From contig OY759316.1 of NCBI GenBank assembly GCA_963662275.1, positions 1,920,001 through 1,984,000 on the forward strand: a stretch of 64,000 nt of DNA, read 5' to 3'. Below the pieces are notes generated by a model. That model saw nothing but the letters and a program-made list of their open reading frames with translations, was not told the DNA's origin and searched no databases. This document shows positions 1-8,992 of the stretch, piece by piece. The translations under genes and the position numbers were made by a program. How positions within the stretch are numbered: position 1 is the stretch's first letter; every line of letters begins with the position of its first letter. The stretch is from Candidatus Cloacimonadales bacterium. Lineage in GTDB: Bacteria; Cloacimonadota; Cloacimonadia; Cloacimonadales; DAONDQ01.

Positions 1-3000
1 ATACAGCCATCTGAATTTAAAATTACTTCAAATGTTTCAAAATAACCTGAAGTGTAATAATGCGAGTAATTCTGATACTCAATAATCACTCTGTTGTTTG
101 AAGAATCATCATAAAAATAGATATGTGCATCCGAAGTTTCAGCGCTTAGATCTTCCCAGTATGCCGCGATGAGATTGTTAGGTTCGTTTGCATCAGGGAT
201 TGGGTAACTGTCAATATCAGAACCATTATAACCTGTGTTAAATGTCAGTAGCCCATTCGTTGATATTTGTACTTGATTATAGGAGCTATTGAAGTAAGGA
301 AAATTAAAAGGCATATCCATTATTTTGTATCCATCATCTGAGTCTCCATAATCGAGCCACCAATTGGTTATAATCTCTGTTCCTACAGATGATATGTCTA
401 TCCAATTAAATGCAGGTCCTCCATCCTGATCACTATCGATCCACGAATAAGTATAACTTCCCGGTACACCGCTACCCCTTGTAGAAATCGTGCTATTCCT
501 GCTTGAACTTGCATCTACACTGATGGAATAATTCACTGGCTGATCGCTTGTATTTTCGATTGATAGAGGTATGCTTGCCTGATCACCAACATAAAGTGAT
601 TGTGTAATGGAAGTAGGGGTTATATTCAATGAATTACTTTGATAATATGCTAAAATAAACTGACCGGTTGTCATTATATCATTGAATGTGGCAGTATTCA
701 TTGATGCATTTACAGAGATAGCAGATGAGACTAATAGCCAGCTTGCATCAGAACTACTGCTACGAGAGTAAAGCTTGATATCATTTGGTTTGCTCTGATT
801 TGTCATGGTCAGGTCTTCATTCAAGGTAAAAGTTAGATTCGCAGAAAAAATACCTGCACCGAAACGATTCATTTCCCAATACTGGTCATCATAAACGGAA
901 GTTACTTCAGTTGGATTGACATTTGGACTGCCATTCAGTTTTGCGACGGTTAATCTTGCATCATTTGCGGTTGTGAAGAAGGAACTTAGTCCGGTTCCTG
1001 TAAATGTTACAGTACCTGTAGCTTCAGTTTGTGAATTAGAGATACCTACTGAAAATGGCAGGGTTGAAGTAAGCCAGTTTTCATTACCCATATTGATCAT
1101 AGTTCCGTTGTTGATAGAAACAAAATCGTTTAATTGAGTTCCAGTCGCTTCATTGAATTGCCAATAACTTACCAGACCAACCTCTGTACCAGTCAAAGGA
1201 AGGTACATTCTTTCCCTTATTTGGTCATCTGTCCTTACTACATTCCAGATCCGCACTTCATCCATTGAACCATTGAAAAGCTGGTTCGTATTTGTACCGG
1301 AACCAATCACTTTATCACTGCTGTTGTTGATGAATGCATAAGCATCATCGCTCAATAGTGTCTGCAAGACACCGTTAACATAAATCTTATGAGTACCTGC
1401 TCCTGTTCCGGAACGTGTATATGCGATATGAACCCATTCACCGGTTGATATGGCATTAACATCGGTTTGGGCAACCCAAGTATTAACTCCGCTTACTGCC
1501 ACCCTTCCAGTTCCTCCTCCGCCAGTGCCAATCTCTAATTGGAAGGAACCGGGTTGGTTATTTTTTCTGGTTGAGAAGATACCATATCTTCCAGTAAGAT
1601 TGTTCGGCTTTATCCAGGCTTCAATTGTCAGAACACTTCCCACATCGAAACAACTGCTATTCCCAAGATTGATATATTCATTGCTGCCATCAAATATAAG
1701 GGCAGTTCCAACAGTACTGCTTGTTGTTGGATAACTTCTGCAAACCAGGAATTGACCTGTATTTGATATACCGGAGAAAGTTGCCTGGTTTGAATCTGCA
1801 TTGACACTTATCGCAGAAGTAAGGATTAGCCAGCTACCATCAGAGTTGCTTTCACGAGAATATAGCCTGATTTGGTTTGGATGGGATTGATCATCTGCAG
1901 TTAAGTCTTCGCTTATAGTAAGTGTCATATTTCCATTGAAAGAACCTGTCCCATAGCGATTCGCAATCCAATACTGGTTATCAAACACTTCATTTACACC
2001 TGTTGGAATCAGATTTGGATTTGTGTTTAACTTAGTAACTGTAACTGATGCTGAATTATGTGCGGTGTAATTCATGGAAAAGTCTGTTCCTGTGAAAGTG
2101 ACAACACCTGTAGCTTCTGTTTGGGTATTGGATATTCCACTTCCAAATGGTACAGTAGATGTAATCCAATTACTATTTGACATGTTATTGAGAGTTCCCA
2201 TACGACAGTTAGCAGCATCTGTAGCAATTGTTCCTGAGCTTTCATTGAATTGCCAGTAATTCTCTAGTCCGGTCTCAGTTCCGTTTAGAGGTAAATACAT
2301 ACATTCCCGAATTTGCTGTTGTGTCCTTGCACAATTCCAGATGCGTACTTCATCTATTTTACCATCGAGAGTTTCCGAGGAATCACTGAATTTGAAATTG
2401 CCATCTAGCGAGTATAATCCACCAGTAATGGTTGAACTTTTTAATAAATTGCCATTCAGGTAGAGTTTCATATTTATGCCATCGAAAGTGCCTGCAACGT
2501 GCATCCATTCCCCGGTTGTCAATACACTGTCTGCTCGCAGGGAAAGGAATGTACCATCTGCTTTTTTTAAGTAAAAATGTAAGGACCTATATCCACCTTC
2601 TCCAGATGCGTCATATCGAATCACAGCAACTTCAGGACTGACTGCTACGTATCTCTGTATTTCACCTGCCTGGAGTGTGTTATGATAAATCCAAGCTTCG
2701 ATTGTGATTGCTGTGCGTGATGTATTGATACCTGTTCCACTTACATAATCATCGGTTCCATCAAAAGTAAGACAATTGCTCATCGTGGTTCCAGGAGCTT
2801 TGAATTCTTCATAAGCACCCATCTCGATTCTACCGTTAATGATACGACTGCCTCCTCCTATATCATAGGCACCAACTGTTGTTGTTGTGGTAGTTGGGTC
2901 TCCGGTATTGATACAGGGTGATGCCATTAAAAGATCATAGGGATTCAAGCCTGAACCAACAAATTGGGGATTGGAATTAATATTATTTTCGTAAGTACCT

Positions 3001-3908
3001 GAATATCCGGATACCTGTGAAAGCAAATTTTCCAATCCACCCTGTACATCGCTATAATATACATTGGGATTGTTATGATCTATTCCAAATATGGCCAAAT
3101 TGTAATCCGAATTCCCATAAATTATAGTATTTCTGATGATAGGGGAGGAATTGCTACTGCATCTAATTCCACAATTCGTATTATTTACAACCGAACAATT
3201 CAGGATCGTTGGATTTGATGTACTAAGATATATTCCACCACCATATTGTCCAATGGTTGCCGTATTATTGTATATAAGCAGATTTTTCAGAATAGCATTG
3301 GAGTCGATACGTATTGCCCCTCCCATTGTAGCTGTATTGTTTTTGAACACACAATTAGAAAGATTGATTAACGATACCGCACTAATATAAATTGCTCCAC
3401 CGGCACCCCCGGGAACAGTTGCTGTATTATTTTGAAACGTGCAATTGGAGATCAGTAATTTGCTGAAAGCGTAAACAAATATTGCCCCTCCCCGGGCGTT
3501 CATACTTGTACCGGTTGTTTTTCCGTATTCCAGTGTACAATAAACGATTTTTGAGGAATCATTGGTTGCTGGGGTATTATCAAATATGATTCTATTCCAG
3601 CCGGTAGTATGATCATTATTAGTAAAAGTGATCAAGTTGGAAGAATTGCCTACAGCCAGGAGCCTGCCATTGACCTTTAGGTAGTAATGTCCCTGGAAGG
3701 ATACTTTAATTCCTGGATTGATTGTAAGCGTTATTCCATTGTTCACTGTGATATCACCAGTTACCCGTATAGAATCGACGCCAGACCATACAGTATTGGA
3801 TGATATTGCCCCAGAAGCGTTGATATAAGTTGCTTGGAGCATAAGAGGAAATACCATAACCAACATTGTAATAAAGAAAAGTAAATAGATGCGATTTTGT
3901 TTGAACAT
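1..3908 (-). CDS. Secreted modular protein (beta-helix, 2x LamG, nidogen-like); array gene 7 in transcription order, 3' end outside the window
   Basis: Not in the ORF track because there is no stop in the window. ATG at 3908 with AAGGAG RBS reads MFKQNRIYLLFFITML, paralogous to 4107..8603 and 23401..26937. The same frame reads EVILNSDGC at position 3. Confidence 0.9.
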   Translation of the reverse strand, partial: MFKQNRIYLLFFITMLVMVFPLMLQATYINASGAISSNTVWSGVDSIRVTGDITVNNGITLTINPGIKVSFQGHYYLKVNGRLLAVGNSSNLITFTNNDHTTGWNRIIFDNTPATNDSSKIVYCTLEYGKTTGTSMNARGGAIFVYAFSKLLISNCTFQNNTATVPGGAGGAIYISAVSLINLSNCVFKNNTATMGGAIRIDSNAILKNLLIYNNTATIGQYGGGIYLSTSNPTILNCSVVNNTNCGIRCSSNSSPIIRNTIIYGNSDYNLAIFGIDHNNPNVYYSDVQGGLENLLSQVSGYSGTYENNINSNPQFVGSGLNPYDLLMASPCINTGDPTTTTTTVGAYDIGGGSRIINGRIEMGAYEEFKAPGTTMSNCLTFDGTDDYVSGTGINTSRTAITIEAWIYHNTLQAGEIQRYVAVSPEVAVIRYDASGEGGYRSLHFYLKKADGTFLSLRADSVLTTGEWMHVAGTFDGINMKLYLNGNLLKSSTITGGLYSLDGNFKFSDSSETLDGKIDEVRIWNCARTQQQIRECMYLPLNGTETGLENYWQFNESSGTIATDAANCRMGTLNNMSNSNWITSTVPFGSGISNTQTEATGVVTFTGTDFSMNYTAHNSASVTVTKLNTNPNLIPTGVNEVFDNQYWIANRYGTGSFNGNMTLTISEDLTADDQSHPNQIRLYSRESNSDGSWLILTSAISVNADSNQATFSGISNTGQFLVCRSYPTTSSTVGTALIFDGSNEYINLGNSSCFDVGSVLTIEAWIKPNNLTGRYGIFSTRKNNQPGSFQLEIGTGGGGTGRVAVSGVNTWVAQTDVNAISTGEWVHIAYTRSGTGAGTHKIYVNGVLQTLLSDDAYAFINNSSDKVIGSGTNTNQLFNGSMDEVRIWNVVRTDDQIRERMYLPLTGTEVGLVSYWQFNEATGTQLNDFVSINNGTMINMGNENWLTSTLPFSVGISNSQTEATGTVTFTGTGLSSFFTTANDARLTVAKLNGSPNVNPTEVTSVYDDQYWEMNRFGAGIFSANLTFTLNEDLTMTNQSKPNDIKLYSRSSSSDASWLLVSSAISVNASMNTATFNDIMTTGQFILAYYQSNSLNITPTSITQSLYVGDQASIPLSIENTSDQPVNYSISVDASSSRNSTISTRGSGVPGSYTYSWIDSDQDGGPAFNWIDISSVGTEIITNWWLDYGDSDDGYKIMDMPFNFPYFNSSYNQVQISTNGLLTFNTGYNGSDIDSYPIPDANEPNNLIAAYWEDLSAETSDAHIYFYDDSSNNRVIIEYQNYSHYYTSGYFETFEVILNSDGC

Positions 3909-4106
3909 TTTTTCTCCTTATCGTATATGATTTACTCTTTGTGTAGCAGAACGCCGTTCATGCTGAATCATAAGTAGGGATAGACCCATGTGTCTATCCT
4001 CTGTTATGTAGAGTAGGACGCCGTTTATTCTGAATCTACCTTCTTGCAGAGCAGATGTTGAAATCAATTCAACAACCACCGAAAGCAATTCGGCGTTCCC
4101 TCTGCA

Positions 4107-7100
4107 TCACCTGACAGCCTTAACATAGTAGAACAATTTATTGTTTCCCGTCAAGGAATATGTCCATGTTGCTCTACTTTTTGTGTTCCTATCTTTATTT
4201 CTGCTATTGAAACTACCTGATGAAGTAACATCAATGAATGTTCCATAAGGATCGTTACAAGCGTATACTTTGTAGGAATTTGCAGTAGTGACTGTATCCC
4301 AGCTAAGTTTGACATTCAATCCGATCTTTTCGATGGTCAGATTTTGAGGCGTATTGAGAGCTTGATATGGGTTGACATGCAAATTCACGGGAGTCGTATA
4401 TTGTGGATTAAAAGGTTCATTGCTGGTGATGACGATATTGCTAGTGAAATCACCAGCCCACAATGCTTCTGCATTTAATTGAACGTTTACTTGGTTTGTA
4501 CTATGTGCATTGACTGTTCCAGACCATGTATTCATAGAGACCATTGGGCAGATTTTGATAGCTAAATTGCTATGAATATAGGAAGCATTGTGTACTATTT
4601 GTACTCCTTGGATACCGTCCTGGTTTTCAATGCCGACAGTACAAAGATTATTGAGTGAACTTGCATTCAGATATTGCATCGTGATACAGCCATTTGCATT
4701 CAAAATCACTTCAAATGTTTCATGACAACTGGAATTATCATAGTGTGTGTACTTCAAGTATTCGATGATGATTCTATTGTTTGCAGAATCATTATAAAAA
4801 TAGATATGTGTATTCGAGTTTACATCCATTAAGTCTTCCCAGTAAACCGCGATCAAACTGTTTGGGGTGGCTGTATGAGGTATATTGTTATCATAATTAT
4901 CATTGCCATTATAACCTGTGTCAAATGTCAGTAACCCATTCGTGGATATTTGCACCTGACTATATGAGCTATTGAAGAAAGGAAAATTAAAAGGCAATGG
5001 CATAACTTTGTATCCATCATCAGTGTTGCCATAATCGATCACTCCATTAGTTATGATCTCAGTGCCACAGCCTGCTATATCTAGCCAGTCAAATACAGGT
5101 CCTCCCGTTTGATCACTATCTATCCAAGAATAGGAATAACTTCCCGGTGAACCATTACCTCTTGTTGAAGCAGCGCTATTCTTGCCTGAACTTGGATTGA
5201 CACTTATCGTATAGTTTACGGGCAGATCGCTTATATTCTCGATTGAGAGGGGTACATTTGCCTGATCACCCACGTATAATGATTGAGTTATTGAAGCAGG
5301 CGTTACATGCAACGAGGGACTATGATTATAGGCTAAAATAAACTGACCGGTTGAAGTGATAGCATTAAAAGTAACCGTTTTGAGAGTTGCATTCACAGCG
5401 GAAGCTGAAGCAACGTATTGCCAGTTTGAAATCGAATAGCTGGTGCGACGATAGAGTTTGAAATCAGAGGGAAAATCCTGGTTCTCTGAAGTTAAGTCTT
5501 CATTTAATGAAAATGTCAGATTTGCAGCAAAACTACCAGTACCATAACGATTCATTTCCCAATACTGGGTATCATAAACATGTGAAACACCTGTGGGATT
5601 AACATTCGGACTGCTATTCAATTTTGTAACTGTGAACCTTGCTCCATTTGCTGTTGTAAAGAAGGAACTCAACCCGGTTCCCGTAAAAGTAACTGTTCCT
5701 GCCGTTTCATTTTGCGAATTGGAGATACCCACTGAAAATGGCAGGATTGAAGTCATCCAGTTTTCATTCCCCATATTGATTAGAGTTCCATGATTCGTTG
5801 AAATATTATCGTTTAATTGTGTACCGGTTGCTTCGTTGAACTGCCAATAACTGACCAATCCTGTCTCAGAACCTGTCAATGGCAAATACATGCTTTCCCT
5901 GATTTGATCTGGTGTCCGTGCTACATTCCAGACACGTACTTCATCCATGACTCCATTGAAGAATTGACCCCCTTGAGTACCTGATCCAATCACTTTATCA
6001 CTGGTATTGGAAACAAATGAATAGCTGTTATCATTCGTTATCGTTTGAGATACACCATTGATGTAAATATATTGAACTCCTGCTCCGCTTCCGGGTCCAA
6101 CACCTGCGCGGGTATAAGCAATATGCACCCATTCACCCGTTGTAATGGCATTATCACCAGTTTGAGCATACCACATGCTTACACCTGAGACTGCAACTCG
6201 TCCAGTTCCACCACTTCCCGTCCCGACTTCCAATTGGAAAGAGCCGGCTTGATTGTTAAGCCTGGTGGAGAAAATACCTGTACGTCCAGCTAGACTGTTT
6301 GGTTTTATCCAGGCTTCGATGGTAATATAATCTCCAGTATTGAAAGAACTGCTGTTTCCAACATTGATGTACTCATTGCTGCCGTTAAAAGCCAAGGTTG
6401 TTCCTTTCAAATTGCTGGTTGAAGGATAATTTCTGCATACCACGAATTGGCTGAATTCTGAAATGCCGGAGAACGTTGCCTGGTTTAACGATGCATTCAC
6501 ACTAATGGCAGAAGTAACGATATTCCAACTTCCTTCAGACCCGCTGTTACGAGAATAAAGCCTGATATGGTTAGGATGTGACTGATCATCAGTTGTTAAG
6601 TCCTCGCTCAGGGTAAGAGTCATATTTCCATTGAAAGAACCAGTTCCATATCGATTCACAACCCAATACTGATTATCGAACACTTCATTCATATCTGTGG
6701 GAATAATATTAGGACTTGTATTTATCTTAACAACTGCAACAGATGCAGAATTCTGAGCAGTGTAGTTCATGGAAAAGCCAGTTCCTGCAAAGTTCACCGT
6801 TCCAGTCATTTCCGTTTGTGTATTAATGGACCCGCTTCCAAGTGGTATTGAAGAAGCTATCCAGTCTTCATTTGCCATACTGTTCATTGTTCCACTGCAT
6901 CCTCCGACTATATCCATTACGGTTGTTCCTGTATCGGCATTAAATTGCCAGTAGTTCAATAATCCGGATTCGCTGCCTGTCAGAGGAAGATGCATACTTT
7001 CTCTGATTTGGGATTGTGAACGTGCATAATTCCAGATACGCATTTCATCCATCCTACCGTTGAATGTTTCTCCAGAACTACTGAATGCAAAGCTTCCCGA

Positions 7101-8603
7101 TGGAGTATATAATCCACCTGAGGTAACCGCGCTTTTTACAAGACTTCCATTCACGTATAGTCTAAGATACGTACCGTCATAAGTTCCTGCAATATGCATC
7201 CATTCTCCTGTCACTAGGACACTATCTGCTCTGATGCCAAAACCTGAGCCGTTTGCTTTCTTGATGTAGAAATGCAAAGAGCGATAGCCTCCATAGATAG
7301 TCCCATCATAACGAAGAACTGCCATTTCAGGTTGGAGAGTGATGTATCTTTGTACAGTCCCATCCAAAGTATTATGATTTATCCAAGTCTCTATCGTAAA
7401 TGACGATAGGGAAGTACTAATACCCGAGCCTGTTACATTGTCGCTAACCCCGTCAAACGCCAGACATTTTCCGGCGATAGTATCAGCGGGCTTTACTTCT
7501 TCATAAGCACCCATATCGATTCTACCATTGATAATGCGGTTCCCGCCTCCAATATCATAAGATCCGACAAGTGATGTCGTAGTTGATGGATCTCCTGTAT
7601 TTAAGCAGGGAGAAATGCTCTGGAGATCAAAAGGGTTTAAACCTGAACCAACAAATAGTGGATTCGTATTAATATTGTTTTCATAAGTACCTGAATATTG
7701 TGGGTACTGTGTGATCAAATCTGCTGATCCACCCTGGATATCGCTATAATATATATTGGGATTGCATTCCTCTGATGTAAATACTGATATATCGAAATCT
7801 GAATTTCCATATATAATAGAATTTCTGATGTTAGGTGCCGCATGACTATTGCATCTAATTCCACAACTAGTGTTGTTAACAATTGTACAATTCAGTAAGG
7901 TTGGATTGGCAGCACTAATAAGTATGCCACCTCCATACTGGCTCATGGTAGCTGTATTATTGTAGATCAGCAAATTTTTCAGAATCGCATTGGAATCAAT
8001 CCGTATTGCACCTCCCGCTGTTGCTGTATTGTTCTTGAATACGCAATGCGTAAGATTGATTAACGATGAACTGCTAATATACATCGCTCCACCAGCCCCC
8101 CCTGGAACGGTTGCCGTGTTATTTTGAAATGTGCAATTGGAAATGAGCAGCTTGCTAAAATAGTAAACAAATATTGATCCTCCCCGAGCATCGTCAATCC
8201 CTGATCCGGTCGCTTTTCCGTATTCCAAAGTACAATAGACGATTTTAGAGGAATCATTGGTTGCCGGGGTATAACTAAATATGATTCTATTCCATCCTGT
8301 TGCATGATCATTATTAGTAAAAGTGATCATGTTGGATGCATTGCCTACAGCCAGGAGCCTGCCATTGACCTTTAGAAAGTAATGCCCCTGGAAGGATACT
8401 TTGATCCCCGGATCGATGGTAAGAGTGATTCCACTGTTTACTGTGATATCACCTATTACCCGCACGGAATCCACTCCTGACCAAATCGTGTTTGTAGCTA
8501 TTATTCCTGAAACGTCCATAGACGTTGCCTGGAGCATAAGAGGGAGCATCATAGCCATCATTGTAATGAAGAAAAGTAAATAGATTCTCTTTAACTCTAA
8601 CAT
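4107..8603 (-). CDS. Secreted protein: right-handed beta-helix, 2x LamG-like jellyroll, nidogen-like domain, C-terminal FYYVKAVR domain
   Basis: 1498 aa ORF, signal peptide, AAGGAG RBS, beta-helix motifs (FQNNTA..GGAI, IDMGAYE), LamG motifs (WMHIAGTYDG, MDEMRIWN), LPFNFPFF..ISTNGLLTF. Confidence 0.9.
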   Translation of the reverse strand: MLELKRIYLLFFITMMAMMLPLMLQATSMDVSGIIATNTIWSGVDSVRVIGDITVNSGITLTIDPGIKVSFQGHYFLKVNGRLLAVGNASNMITFTNNDHATGWNRIIFSYTPATNDSSKIVYCTLEYGKATGSGIDDARGGSIFVYYFSKLLISNCTFQNNTATVPGGAGGAMYISSSSLINLTHCVFKNNTATAGGAIRIDSNAILKNLLIYNNTATMSQYGGGILISAANPTLLNCTIVNNTSCGIRCNSHAAPNIRNSIIYGNSDFDISVFTSEECNPNIYYSDIQGGSADLITQYPQYSGTYENNINTNPLFVGSGLNPFDLQSISPCLNTGDPSTTTSLVGSYDIGGGNRIINGRIDMGAYEEVKPADTIAGKCLAFDGVSDNVTGSGISTSLSSFTIETWINHNTLDGTVQRYITLQPEMAVLRYDGTIYGGYRSLHFYIKKANGSGFGIRADSVLVTGEWMHIAGTYDGTYLRLYVNGSLVKSAVTSGGLYTPSGSFAFSSSGETFNGRMDEMRIWNYARSQSQIRESMHLPLTGSESGLLNYWQFNADTGTTVMDIVGGCSGTMNSMANEDWIASSIPLGSGSINTQTEMTGTVNFAGTGFSMNYTAQNSASVAVVKINTSPNIIPTDMNEVFDNQYWVVNRYGTGSFNGNMTLTLSEDLTTDDQSHPNHIRLYSRNSGSEGSWNIVTSAISVNASLNQATFSGISEFSQFVVCRNYPSTSNLKGTTLAFNGSNEYINVGNSSSFNTGDYITIEAWIKPNSLAGRTGIFSTRLNNQAGSFQLEVGTGSGGTGRVAVSGVSMWYAQTGDNAITTGEWVHIAYTRAGVGPGSGAGVQYIYINGVSQTITNDNSYSFVSNTSDKVIGSGTQGGQFFNGVMDEVRVWNVARTPDQIRESMYLPLTGSETGLVSYWQFNEATGTQLNDNISTNHGTLINMGNENWMTSILPFSVGISNSQNETAGTVTFTGTGLSSFFTTANGARFTVTKLNSSPNVNPTGVSHVYDTQYWEMNRYGTGSFAANLTFSLNEDLTSENQDFPSDFKLYRRTSYSISNWQYVASASAVNATLKTVTFNAITSTGQFILAYNHSPSLHVTPASITQSLYVGDQANVPLSIENISDLPVNYTISVNPSSGKNSAASTRGNGSPGSYSYSWIDSDQTGGPVFDWLDIAGCGTEIITNGVIDYGNTDDGYKVMPLPFNFPFFNSSYSQVQISTNGLLTFDTGYNGNDNYDNNIPHTATPNSLIAVYWEDLMDVNSNTHIYFYNDSANNRIIIEYLKYTHYDNSSCHETFEVILNANGCITMQYLNASSLNNLCTVGIENQDGIQGVQIVHNASYIHSNLAIKICPMVSMNTWSGTVNAHSTNQVNVQLNAEALWAGDFTSNIVITSNEPFNPQYTTPVNLHVNPYQALNTPQNLTIEKIGLNVKLSWDTVTTANSYKVYACNDPYGTFIDVTSSGSFNSRNKDRNTKSRATWTYSLTGNNKLFYYVKAVR

Positions 8604-8643
8604 TGTTCTCTCCTTATCGTTTTAATACTATCACTTAGAACAG

Positions 8644-8887
8644 GACGCCGTTCCTGCTTTCTGCATTCGAACTTCGCACTTCGAACTTCGCACTTCCCTT
8701 GACGCCGTTCCTGCTTTCTGCATTCGAACTTCGCACTTCGAACTTCGCACTTCCCTTGACTCCGTTCCTGCTTTCTGCATTCGAACTTCGCACTTCGAAC
8801 TTCGCACTTCCCTTGACGCCGTTCCTGCTTTCTGCATTCGAACTTCGCACTTCGAACTTCGCACTTCCCTTGACGCCGTTCCTGCTT
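8644..8887. repeat. 57-bp tandem repeat, 4 full copies plus a partial (REP arm + TTCG(A/C)AC heptamers)
   Basis: Unit GACGCCGTTCCTGCTTTCTGCATTCGAACTTCGCACTTCGAACTTCGCACTTCCCTT at 8644, 8701, 8758, 8815, partial at 8872. Confidence 0.92.
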
Positions 8888-8992
8888 GTTATATTTTCTT
8901 GCAGAGCAGAACTCTTAATCCCTCCCTTTACAAAAGGGAGGGAAATCGGTCTTCTCCTACAAGCTACAAGCTATCAGCTACAAGCTTCTGCA

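Noticed and set aside
8644..8887. Possible CRISPR array
   Set aside because: Units are identical end to end apart from one SNP, there are no unique spacers and no cas genes; it is a tandem repeat
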